Assembly (NCBI GenBank): GCA_023334545.1
Contig: JAADVB010000001.1
Location: 139,194-203,193 of the forward strand
DNA length: 64,000 nucleotides
Origin: Salisapilia sapeloensis CBS 127946
Taxonomy: Eukaryota; Protista; Oomycota
Reading direction: 5' to 3'
Part shown: positions 10,483-20,321 of the stretch, in pieces
How the letters are laid out: each line of letters begins with the position of its first letter
Numbering within the stretch: position 1 is the stretch's first letter
Notes under the pieces: model-generated
Told to the model about the DNA's origin: nothing
The model's input: the letters and a program-made list of their open reading frames with translations, nothing else
The model's database searches: none
Made by a program: the position numbers and the translations under genes

Positions 10483-13400
10483 CTAGATGCGTGACTTTTG
10501 GATGAATCGATCCTGCTTCTCCAATGCTTCACGCAATTGCTATTCAAAGTCATTTGCACTTGATCAGAACATTAGTATATGATACTTGCAACATACCTGT
10601 ACTCTACGAGAGTCATCTCGAAAGTACTGTTCCAGACGATCTCTCACTGTTTTCAACGATGGTTGATTCGAGCAGTCGGGGATGTTCAAGAACGTATCAA
10701 AGAACTCTGTCCACAGATCTCGATCCCAATACCTCTTGAACGACCGACGTAATTGCCACTTCCTCTTTCCAAAGTAATCCTTCTCGTCAATTTGAATGAA
10801 AGCACTAAAGAGCATGCAGTGTGTCGTAGCACATATGCCGAATGTATCGATTTGATACGTCCACGGCTTTCCGGATAGCATCTCGACACATTGAAAGCCT
10901 TTCGTATGGCAATCTCCTGTGAACTCAGTCTGTGGCGGGTACTGATCCAAGTCAAGAGCTCGTCCAAAGTCAATCAACAGCAGTCCACCACTTTGGTACT
11001 TTTCCGCAAGCACTTCAAAGACACTTGCTTTATAGCTTTTCGATCCTCCCGACGTCACGAGCCAATTGTCAGGTTTCAGATCGCCATGCAACACCCTTGT
11101 CGAGTGCAAGATGTCGATCGCTCGTACCATCAAGAGCGTATAGTACACGATCAGAGGTTCCGGGAATGATTTTCCAATCTATATGTCCACTTTCCATTGT
11201 CATCGTCCTAACTAAACTACCTTCCAGCAATAAATACCTTGCTATACATGTTGACGAGTTCATGCAGCGTCCCGACAGACTTTTTCTTCATGCACAGCAT
11301 CGATCCGTCCTACAGCGTAGAGCGCCATAAACCCAAGTTACCACTACCATTCCAAAGGATAGAAAGTATGCTGCATACAGAGTACAGATCCAATCGCTCG
11401 TAAGCGATAAAGATATGTCTCGGAGCTTCTTTCGTATCCCGAAACAACCTCCATCGCACTTCATTCGTGATGAAGAACTCCCATCCAAGGTTTCGACTAT
11501 TCCGTTCATACTTTATCCGACTATCAGCTTGTTATATCATGATACGACGCATGCATATGACCTTGATCGCTCGGTCGGCATGCTTTCGACTCTCCTTATA
11601 CACGACATTTACGGCAAAGACACGTGCAAAGGCACCGGCACCAAGGACACCAAGCACTTCTAACGACGTATTGCCGTCCAGACGTACGACAATCGGTGTC
11701 CGAAACTTTTTCATGTTCGCCTTGGTCGGTGCAGCAGGTAGAGACGGAAGTTTGGATTGATGAATACGAACGACATCGCGTCTCTTGGTGGCATACGCTG
11801 CGATGACATCACTAGCAATGACATTCATACGATGGGTACTTGCGTACGGATCAAAAGGTCCGCTTGTGGATCGAGGTAGCATCGGCCACGGACGTGGTTT
11901 TGCCTTTTCATGTCGAAGGAGATCGGAAGGTGGATCTATCGGACGACGTGTACTCTTGCTACGGTACAGGTTAATGGACAGACGTAAGAAGCATGCCAAG
12001 AGGAATATACAAGAGGCTTTCGCCAATGGAAACAACACGCAATGCGTTTTCTTCAAATGCAAACTAGACTATCCTGATATACCTGCAAGTTGGTTTTGTC
12101 TCCAAACGTCCGTCTTTCTTCCTCGTGCGCCAACGACTGGAAGACATAAACGACATTAAGCGAGTGATAAGCACACGAGACACTGTCTCTATGACCTGTC
12201 CTGCTGATCTTCCTCTCGCTTTGCTTCCAACTCCGCCTGAGCTTTCAAAATCGCGTCACGATTCGTCACACGCGCACTCTTCGCCAAGTCCTCCCGTTCG
12301 CCGAGTGCTTTCCTCTTCTTCCCACTACGCTGCCCAGGTGCCTCCTCTTCATCTTCAAACACTTGCAGCTGCGTAGAGGTCGTCGGAGGTGGTTCAGGTG
12401 AATCCTGATACACCTCAAACGTCTCCTGCGCATCATTTACAGCCGCCGTCTCTTTCTGAGGAGAGTCTTCAAAGACGCTAAAGTCAACTTTACGCTGCGT
12501 CGGGCCACTACTGTCGTATGCGTTCGACACTCGAGGCTTACGTGCAGGCTCTGGACTACAGAACATGGCATTGACATCTGACATGGCGACGCGCGTGTTG
12601 ATCGTAATCTCCTCCGTCTTATCGGCTTGGGAGCCAGGTACTTGCACCTCCTCATCCTCGTCTTCCCATCGCAAGTTCCGAGTAAAGTCCAGCTTGCGTG
12701 TGACAGCCACAGGTTCCACCTCCACCTCCTGTCGTTCCATCGGCTGAACCGATTGCGTCGGTACTGGTCGCTTCCGTTCAGGCGACGGCGATAGATCCTC
12801 CGCTTCTGACACCGTCTCTGACTTAGATTCTTCCTTTTCAGGCTGGAGACGATAGTGCTCTGCTCGGACCTCTTCGAAAGAGACTTCTTTTCCTGACGCT
12901 GTACGCAACATGTCTGGGTTATACGCTAATTGATCTTTACTCCGATCTTGATTCTTGGACTTGTGCTGCGATTTCTCATCCTCTGCCTGAATCTTCAAGA
13001 GCGGATTCGCATGCAACTCGTCTTCCTCCCGATCTTCTCGCTGCTGCAAGACGTTCGTGTCGTCATGGTGTCGACTATGCGCGTGATCTTCTGCGTCTGA
13101 TTCATCATCGGCATACACTTGGAGATTTTCCTGTGATCGAGGAGCAACTGCGGGTACGCTTTCGCGCGGATGCTGCAGTGGTTCTTCTGTCCACCGCTGT
13201 GGCGCTCTCGTGTTCTCCTTCTGCTGCTCCTGCTGCGGTGCGAGAGTATCCCAATTAGTGTCATCATTTTCATGCAAGAAATCTGGTTCGTGTCCGATCG
13301 GATCGGCGTATACATCGAATACCGGTCGATCTGTCCGCGCATTTTGGAATTCCTGGATACGATTCTGTCGCTGAGCAGCATGTGAGTGACGATTCGAGTG

Positions 13401-14304
13401 GTGCGACTGCGTGTCGTGGGCAGATAACAATTCCAATACGCGGCGCTGGGTCACCTGTCCGATCGTCGATGCAGCTTCCTCATCTTCCGCTCGAAGCTTG
13501 CGCCAGTGGCTGCTCATGCGACGTTGGAACTCGCGGTATTTCTTGTCCAAAAAGTTGGCCGGTGTCGCTTGCCTACGCACGCAACAAGTAAGAATCAAAG
13601 CTATTGATATGGACATGAAGAGGCAGCATACTTTTGAATGGCTTTAAGATATACTTTGTTCGCCATCGTGTAGTTGCCCAAGCTCTCCAGCACCCATGCC
13701 CAACCGACGTAGAATACAGCGACGTGAGCACCAATTTTATTCGCGTACAAGTACCTAAAGATATCTTTCGGATTGGCCACCATATCCGCCTACACATCAT
13801 CGTATTATTAATATACTTGTCTTCTTCTTTAGAGATAAAGCAGGAACGTACGTATTGAAGCCAGAGACTAACATATCGTGGATCCTCTTTATACTTGTCG
13901 AAAGTCTTGAGCTCCCGCGTGCATCGTTCGAGTGCTGCAAACTTCTTTCGCGTGTCGCTAGGATAATTACCCTCCAACCACTTCACATAAGCAGCCCATG
14001 GCGCCAACGGATCATCGCCTTGATACTCCTCAATCTCTTTTTCCATTTTCACTCGCTCGTCCTCCAAATCATCTCGACCTTCCAACGTTGCACTCTGCGC
14101 CAATACTTTATTCAGCTCCGCCACATCTCGACCGCTCTTGACAGGCAAAATATTTTCTTTCGCTGCCTCCCACTCGAAGCCTTCCATATCTTCCTGCTTC
14201 ACTTCCGTCACAGACGCCTCTGGCGCCGTCGCACTCGCATCAAGATGGGCAGACATACCTCGAAACCAGCGCGGGAATCGCCGAAATGATCGAGCGGGAA
14301 TCAA
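10483..14304 (-). CDS. BUB1: Spindle checkpoint kinase MadBub (BUB1/BubR1 family), multi-exon
   Basis: WEAAKENILP (KEN1), TPR domain (GDDPLAPWAAYVKW..Y..DPRYVSLW), QKEN (KEN2), GLEBS (AYNPDML..EVSFEEVRAEHY), CD1-like (TINTRVAMSDVNAMF), kinase (LGAGAFARV, LHGDLKPDNW, IDFGRALD, IDTFG); final exon ends ...QKSRI* at 10483. Start is 14304 or 14256. Confidence 0.93.
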
Positions 14305-14525
14305 CGTCCATCAAAACTATCTCTTTTTAGCCTACTCTTTGTATATAACTAAACCTTTTAATACGAGACTACGTTTCATATATATCGTCCTGGGTTGAGT
14401 TTATATATGGGAATGTTGTCCAAGCAATATGGATTGACATGGAATTGCGCAATTTGAAGGCACGATCCATCCAATCGATCGAGACACTCTATTACTCTTC
14501 CTCTACTACTCATACCGCATCGATC

Positions 14526-15401
14526 ATGGTGGAGCTTAAAGGAACGTTCACGGCGCTTGTGACGCCATTCACGGCTGACGGATCCGAAGTGGATTATGTC
14601 AAGTTGCGTGAACTTGTCGAGTTCCAGATCGCGGAAGGCATTGACGGACTTGTGCCTATGGGTACGACTGGTGAATGTCCCACTGTCTCGCACGACGAGC
14701 ACGACAAAGTCGTGGCGGAAGTCATCAAGTGCGTCAACAAGCGTGTGCCTGTGATTGCCGGCACGGGCTCCAACAGCACGGCGGAAGCGCTCCGCCTCAC
14801 GCGTCAAGCCAAGGAAGCTGGTGCCGACGCTTGCCTCGCCGTCTGCCCGTACTACAACAAGCCTACGCAAAAGGGCATGTACGAGCATTTCAAGGCCATC
14901 GCGAGCATCGGTCTGCCTGTCGTCATATACAACATCCCAGGACGCACGAACGTGACGCTCAGTCCGCAGACGATTGCTGAATTGAGCAAGCTCCCGGAGA
15001 TTGTGGCCGTGAAAGAGTCCACTGGATCCCTGGACCAAGCGTCCGAAGTGCTCAGGTTGTGTGATATTACCATTCTGTCCGGCGACGACACCCTCACGCT
15101 GCCGTTGATGGCAGTGGGCGCGAAGGGAGCTATCAGTGTGCTCTCCAATGTCTCTCCGAAAGCCATGACGTCCATCACGACGCCTGCTTTGGCTGGTGAC
15201 TTTTCGAGTGCTCGTGAAGCTCACTTGAAGATCTTTGACTTTGTCAAGGTCCTCTTCTGTGAGTCGAACCCGCAGCCAGTGAAGAAAGCGTTGGAGCTCA
15301 TGGGCAAATGCACTGCTACCGTTCGACTCCCACTTGTTGAATGCAGTGACGAAGCTGCGGAACGTGTTAAGGAACAATTGAAGCTTTTTAATCTTCTCTA
15401 A
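14526..15401 (+). CDS. dapA: 4-hydroxy-tetrahydrodipicolinate synthase (lysine DAP pathway), intronless, 291 aa
   Basis: ALVTPF, GTTGE, SHDEH, VIAGTGSNSTAEA, PYYNKPTQ, YNIPGRT, VAVKES, LSGDD, ESNPQPVK. An upstream in-frame ATG exists at 14439. Confidence 0.96.
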   Translation: MVELKGTFTALVTPFTADGSEVDYVKLRELVEFQIAEGIDGLVPMGTTGECPTVSHDEHDKVVAEVIKCVNKRVPVIAGTGSNSTAEALRLTRQAKEAGADACLAVCPYYNKPTQKGMYEHFKAIASIGLPVVIYNIPGRTNVTLSPQTIAELSKLPEIVAVKESTGSLDQASEVLRLCDITILSGDDTLTLPLMAVGAKGAISVLSNVSPKAMTSITTPALAGDFSSAREAHLKIFDFVKVLFCESNPQPVKKALELMGKCTATVRLPLVECSDEAAERVKEQLKLFNLL

Positions 15402-15492
15402 GACGAGAAAAACATGATGAAAACACACACATTTGATTACAGCGCCAACATATTCCATTCATTTCATCTGAAAGAAGTATCTTTCAAATTGT

Positions 15493-17649
15493 TTACGATC
15501 GAGTCGATGCATTGTCGTCGTTGCTAAAGTCCGAAATTACACTTCCATCACGACTACTCATTCGATCCGTGCCGTACGAATTGTAGCTATCGGCACTAGC
15601 AGACCGAGACTGTCGTACATCCGAGAAGACTCGACTACTATACCGTGCATCTGACATGCTCGACTCTCTTTCGCCGAACGAGTCTTCCGTCGGTCGGAAT
15701 CCATTCACAGTGCTTTGACCGAACGAGTCTTGCGTTGATCGGAAGCCAGTCGAGGAACTTTGATTCATAGAGTTCTGTCTTGACCGGAAACCACTGGAAG
15801 AGCTCTGGTTTAACGAATCTTGTGTCGGTCGGAAACCACTGGAAGAGCTCTGGTTGAACGAATCTTGCGTCGGTCGGAAACCACTGGAAGAGCTCTGGTT
15901 AAAGGAGTTTTGCGTCGATCGGAAGCCACTGGAAGCACTTTGATTGAACGAGTTTTCGCCCGACCGGAAGCCACTGGAATCGCTATGACCGAATGAAAGC
16001 TGCGAGGAGCTAAAGCCGGCACTAGAGTTACTCTGGCTGAAAGCATTGTTGCCCGAGCTGGTCTCGGAGCTCGGGACCAACGAGTTTTGGGCAGACAAAG
16101 CTGAGCTATTAGCCCAGTTACCAGAAGAAGCCGATCCAAAGTCGACACTTTTGCCTGTCTTTCGGTACTGATTGTACTCTTCGCTTAGTCTGGCGTTCGG
16201 AAGGTCTAACGTTGGCGTGTCGGACTCTCGACTGTAGTCCGAACGACTCCAATTGCTCGACACGAAACTTCCCCCCAATTGACCAGCGTTTGTCTGCGGC
16301 AAACTACCTTGGTTGCTGTAATCTTCACTCTTGAGGGAAGACAGATCCGATGCAGCTGACATTCTCGGCGATGGTGTTGTATAATCGGGCGTGCCGGCAA
16401 CAGAGACGGCTACATTCGGAGATGGCCGAGTTTCATTGTTCGAGTAGTTACCGTAGCCGTCATCATTTTCGGTACTAGATGCCATCTCCGAGCCTCTATG
16501 CTCTGCTGGATAGGCGCCGCCAGCCACACTGTCATGCAGGACACTCGTGCCTCTGGACTGTTTCGATGGACGAGTCGACGTGGATTCCAAGTACCGCATT
16601 GACGGACCAGTAGAGTTCATGTCAGTACGGTTGCGACTGCGAGGATCGGGGATGTACGCTCTGGGAGAGTCCTTCTCGCGCATACCACGACGCTTCTTGC
16701 CCATTACGAGCATAAAGGCAGCGATCGCAATGACGCCTGCGCCGGCAACCAAGATCGCCACCAATGCCGTGTTCTTGGATATGAAGCTAGAGCTTTCCTT
16801 TGACTTTGTATCAGCTTCCGCATTGCTATTGCTATCGCTGGATGCTGCCGACGAAGCTTTCTTTGGATTAAATGACGTCTCGGGCTTGACTGTCGTGTTC
16901 GATACAGCAGAATTTGATCCGGTCGGAGACACAGTACCAATGTCCGTAATGTCACTGCCGTCGCTAGAAGCTTTCCCACTGGCGTCTGTAGATGCCGTGC
17001 CACTCATCGACTGAGAGTCTGCCTCTGATGCATCAGAGGAGGAAGAGTTGGAGCTACCTCCATTTCCCACCGTGACTTCAAGGAAAGACACGTATTCGGT
17101 GAAGGCCAATTGCAATGATGAATCGCCAGGTAGAACGATCATGCCGACGATAATGTAGTCACCATCGTCCTGGAATGTCAGTTTGTATGAGCCAAGGTCT
17201 TTCGGACCGTCCGAAGGGTATGCGCCCATTGCAGCCTCTGCACCAGCACCTGGTGTCGACTCTACTGTCGTGCCACAGTCGGTGCCAGCCAAGCACGCCG
17301 TCACAAGCATGTTATTGATCGGTTGTGGTTTCTGCGTATTCGGGTCGAGTGCATTCGGAAATATGCTTCCCTGTAGGTTTGGCACGCCTTGGCTCTGGAG
17401 CGACACTGTTAGCTCTTGATTGGCTTCCACAGTGGTCATGTCGGAAGTCATTGTCAAGGACACAGGGCATCGTCCAGAATTGTGCGCCTCCAGGTTGTCA
17501 AACCAGAGCGTGTTAGCGACAGCTGAATCCGTCACGCCTTCACAGTACGTGGTCTGCCCGTCATACGAAAAGCCGCCGGAGTCGATGCTGGCGCCATTCG
17601 CAACCGCCATAGCAGCTGAAAGCATGGACACGACCGTCGTAATGTGCAT
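15493..17649 (-). CDS. Type I single-pass membrane protein with signal peptide and Ser-rich repetitive cytoplasmic tail (uncharacterised)
   Basis: Signal peptide MHITTVVSMLSAAMAVANG, Cys-containing ectodomain, S/T-rich stalk, TM ALVAILVAGAGVIAIAAFMLVMG followed by KKRR, long Ser-rich tail with 15-aa repeats; intronless 718 aa. Confidence 0.85.
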   Translation of the reverse strand: MHITTVVSMLSAAMAVANGASIDSGGFSYDGQTTYCEGVTDSAVANTLWFDNLEAHNSGRCPVSLTMTSDMTTVEANQELTVSLQSQGVPNLQGSIFPNALDPNTQKPQPINNMLVTACLAGTDCGTTVESTPGAGAEAAMGAYPSDGPKDLGSYKLTFQDDGDYIIVGMIVLPGDSSLQLAFTEYVSFLEVTVGNGGSSNSSSSDASEADSQSMSGTASTDASGKASSDGSDITDIGTVSPTGSNSAVSNTTVKPETSFNPKKASSAASSDSNSNAEADTKSKESSSFISKNTALVAILVAGAGVIAIAAFMLVMGKKRRGMREKDSPRAYIPDPRSRNRTDMNSTGPSMRYLESTSTRPSKQSRGTSVLHDSVAGGAYPAEHRGSEMASSTENDDGYGNYSNNETRPSPNVAVSVAGTPDYTTPSPRMSAASDLSSLKSEDYSNQGSLPQTNAGQLGGSFVSSNWSRSDYSRESDTPTLDLPNARLSEEYNQYRKTGKSVDFGSASSGNWANSSALSAQNSLVPSSETSSGNNAFSQSNSSAGFSSSQLSFGHSDSSGFRSGENSFNQSASSGFRSTQNSFNQSSSSGFRPTQDSFNQSSSSGFRPTQDSLNQSSSSGFRSRQNSMNQSSSTGFRSTQDSFGQSTVNGFRPTEDSFGERESSMSDARYSSRVFSDVRQSRSASADSYNSYGTDRMSSRDGSVISDFSNDDNASTRS
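15673..15996 (-). repeat. 45-bp coding tandem repeat, 7 full units plus a partial (consensus SFNQSSSSGFRPTQD)
   Basis: On the + strand CCACTGGAAG-like anchors recur at 15701, 15746, 15791, 15836, 15881, 15926 and 15971 (period 45). Confidence 0.95.
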
Positions 17650-18864
17650 TCTTCTTTGCCGATTGACTTTGTCACTGAATATATATAGATATCAAGGCGC
17701 TGGACCTTGGTAAGGCACTTGTTCGACCAGCGCACACTGGGGGATTGGGCGGAAGGAGAAAAATGGAGTTGATAGTTGCGGAATTGTAGGCGTTCCTTAC
17801 TATCAGCTGGTAATTCCATTCCAATCGAAGCATGCATAAGTTTCTGGGCATCATCTGGTCGACTTGGACACACGATATCGGATCAAGTCACAGTCGACCT
17901 TGTCTGGCGTACTCGTGAGTAAAGACTCATGGTTAGGCTAGACTTCCCATGCATGCAGAGCTTCAAATGTTTTCATAAAAAATCTATTCTAGGCAAAATG
18001 GACAGGTATGCGTTGTATTGCTCTCCATCCTACTCTAATCTTAGTCCGACCAAGTTCTCGCTCTCTTTGACACATAGCCAGTGCGCGTCAGGACTTGACC
18101 CGTCAAGTGACAAGATCGATCGAGAGCGAAGTAATCGTAGCAATGCAGACGACGGGAGTTGATGCAAAAGTATGCTTCTTTGCCTTATCGCCAAAGTTCG
18201 TTTCAGTGTTCCCACTTTGCTGCTGCCCAATTGGATTCTAGTTCCCTGCTTTTACGAACATGTTGTCGTGCTGATCGTACTGGCTGCTTCATCTAGTCGG
18301 GTGCTTGCAATCAGTTGGTCTCCAATCTCTGCTTCTTATACCGCTCACACTACCGCAATCGGACTATCTATCCCAAAGACAATTATGCCGGTATGCAAGA
18401 GTGATCTACTGTATTAAAATGCACATCATTAAAGTTATTGAAATCTACATTACAAGCAAGCTCTTCTTGGAAATGGGCTTAAAGTAGACTCTCTGCTGGT
18501 GAGTAATAAATACGAGAGCCTCCATTGTCTAGTGTCCATTACAGGTAGAGAAATAAGGTATCGGTTAAGTACTCGCTCTGTCTTCTCTTTAAGTGCTATT
18601 TAAAATCAATCCCTGCGTTACCGATCTATCTTGAAGGTGTTAGAGTATCCGTCCCACTCTTCGTATGATTCCGTTTCTAGATCTTTTCAATGCAAAAGCA
18701 GAACTCGACCACAGTGCGTCTTTCATTCGTCGTCCCGTCTAATCGATCGTCATTTTCGCGAAGTTGGACTATTAGGGGGTGTCAAACCTGGCAAAAGGTG
18801 CCTTATTTTTCTTAAATAAGATTCTTATCTTTCGGCTCTACTGATCTTATTTCCAAAATAAAAC

Positions 18865-18886
18865 AAACCACCTCCGGAGGTGGTTT
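18865..18886. repeat. Perfect 22-bp palindrome AAACCACCTCCGGAGGTGGTTT
   Basis: The sequence is its own reverse complement; it lies in the 1.9-kb non-coding gap upstream of the membrane-protein gene. Confidence 0.95.
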
Positions 18887-19623
18887 ATCCTATTTGGAGC
18901 CTGACTGATTCATGAGCGCTCGAAATAAAACTTCCGATTATTTTAGAAGTTATGGACAATTATTTGGCAATCAGACACCTCATTATATTTTGCAATTTTG
19001 ACAGGTTTGACACGCCCTATTATTATCGTATTCTATATTTTGGCTAGTTCATTTTTCCTTGACGAATCAATGCATGTATCATTATCCCCATGTACTTCCG
19101 CTAATTCAAGTATTATGTGCCGATCCTTCGATTTGCCACCAAGATCACCAGTATTTTCCAATTTACCAGTCATCCTTATTAACTTCTTCGAGCAAAATAA
19201 AAGGTCACGAACACCGATTTGATCTAGAGCTTTACGCTAATACCAACTCGCTATAATGACAATTGTACCCAGTACAATCCCCGTTCGACATTAATAGGTT
19301 TAGCTCTCTACTTCGCGCGTGTGATTTAAAGTATAGCTTTAGCTTTATGTCGTCAGAGTAGTAGATACCATCCTCTCTTTTATCGTCCATCTTTTTATCC
19401 AACACTGGCAAATATTACTAGATATCTGTGTCCTACATGGCAGCTTTTGTCATCAATAGTTCATTCATCATTTGACTACATCTTGCAATCCCACTGCCTT
19501 CACTAGTTGTTTTGTGCTTTTGCAAACTACATTTCATACTCTTACTGCATGAGCGATATCCTCTCTTTGTCTAGCTCTTAGATTCGCCTATACACTGCAC
19601 GCTCATCACAAACTTCATTCGTG

Positions 19624-20310
19624 TCATGCGTTCTTTACTTTCGGATGGACCCATAGATCATCTACCAAAGGAATGGCATCTACCTTTGTCCAGGTAAGAA
19701 TCTATCAGCTCTTTAGATTCAAACGCTTCCTCTTCTTGTCCGTAGATGAACCAACCGCGTAATACAATAAATTATCGGTTTCTTCTTCTAAACGTTGCAG
19801 TGATTTATCCTTGAAACGCGGTCCACGGGCTAACATTTTGCTCCACTTGGTCTGTTTGGAAGGATGAATTGAAGATGCTGTTCGTCTTGGCTCTCTACTC
19901 TTCGTCGAATGAGCAGAAGAGGTCATTGATGGCTGAGACGATTGTGGTCTTGCTCGACGACTAGTATCGATTTTCCCTTTGTCAGTGTATTGAGGTGGGA
20001 CGGCTGGTCGAGTCAAAAAGCAGAGATGTTCAGCTCTTTCGATCGATTCGGCGATGACTCGAGCTTGTTCCAGGTCCTCATCTGGTGTTAGTACTCGTGA
20101 TCGAGATAGTTGATGCATTTGAGCTACTCGTTGAATACCACGCTGTCGATGCATTCGGTTCTGTAGCTCATCCTCTCGGTCAATGATAGCTTGACGTACC
20201 CACACCATGGAGAATATCGACTGCACTTGAATAAATTGTCCTTCAGAAAAGTTAATTATAGCGTCGACCAAGACTACAAGACAAGGTTGTAAAGGGAAGA
20301 AATCATTCAT
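19624..20310 (-). CDS. Hypothetical protein with one inferred 3' intron
   Basis: 201-aa ORF. A 54-nt phase-0 GT..AG intron (GTTGGT...CTAAAGAGCTGATAG) removes the apparent stop and gives ...DNLLYYA|ILTWTKVDAIPLVDDLWVHPKVKNA* ending at 19624. The true start may be 20208 (CCATGG). Confidence 0.55.
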
Positions 20311-20321
20311 TCTACCAACGT

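Noticed and set aside
14376-15458. 360-aa antisense ORF over dapA
   Set aside because: Shadow ORF: C/G-ending codon bias on the sense strand removes TTA/CTA/TCA and hence antisense stops; the translation has no recognisable domain.
18514-18524. GAGAGCCTCCA identical to the tRNA-Thr 3' end and trailer (possible SINE or primer-binding site)
   Set aside because: 11-nt match only; no A/B boxes, LTR or further tRNA similarity nearby.
19690-19700. CTTACCTGG on the minus strand resembling the U1 snRNA 5' end
   Set aside because: No U1-70K loop, U1A loop or Sm site follows; it lies inside the last exon of the hypothetical gene.
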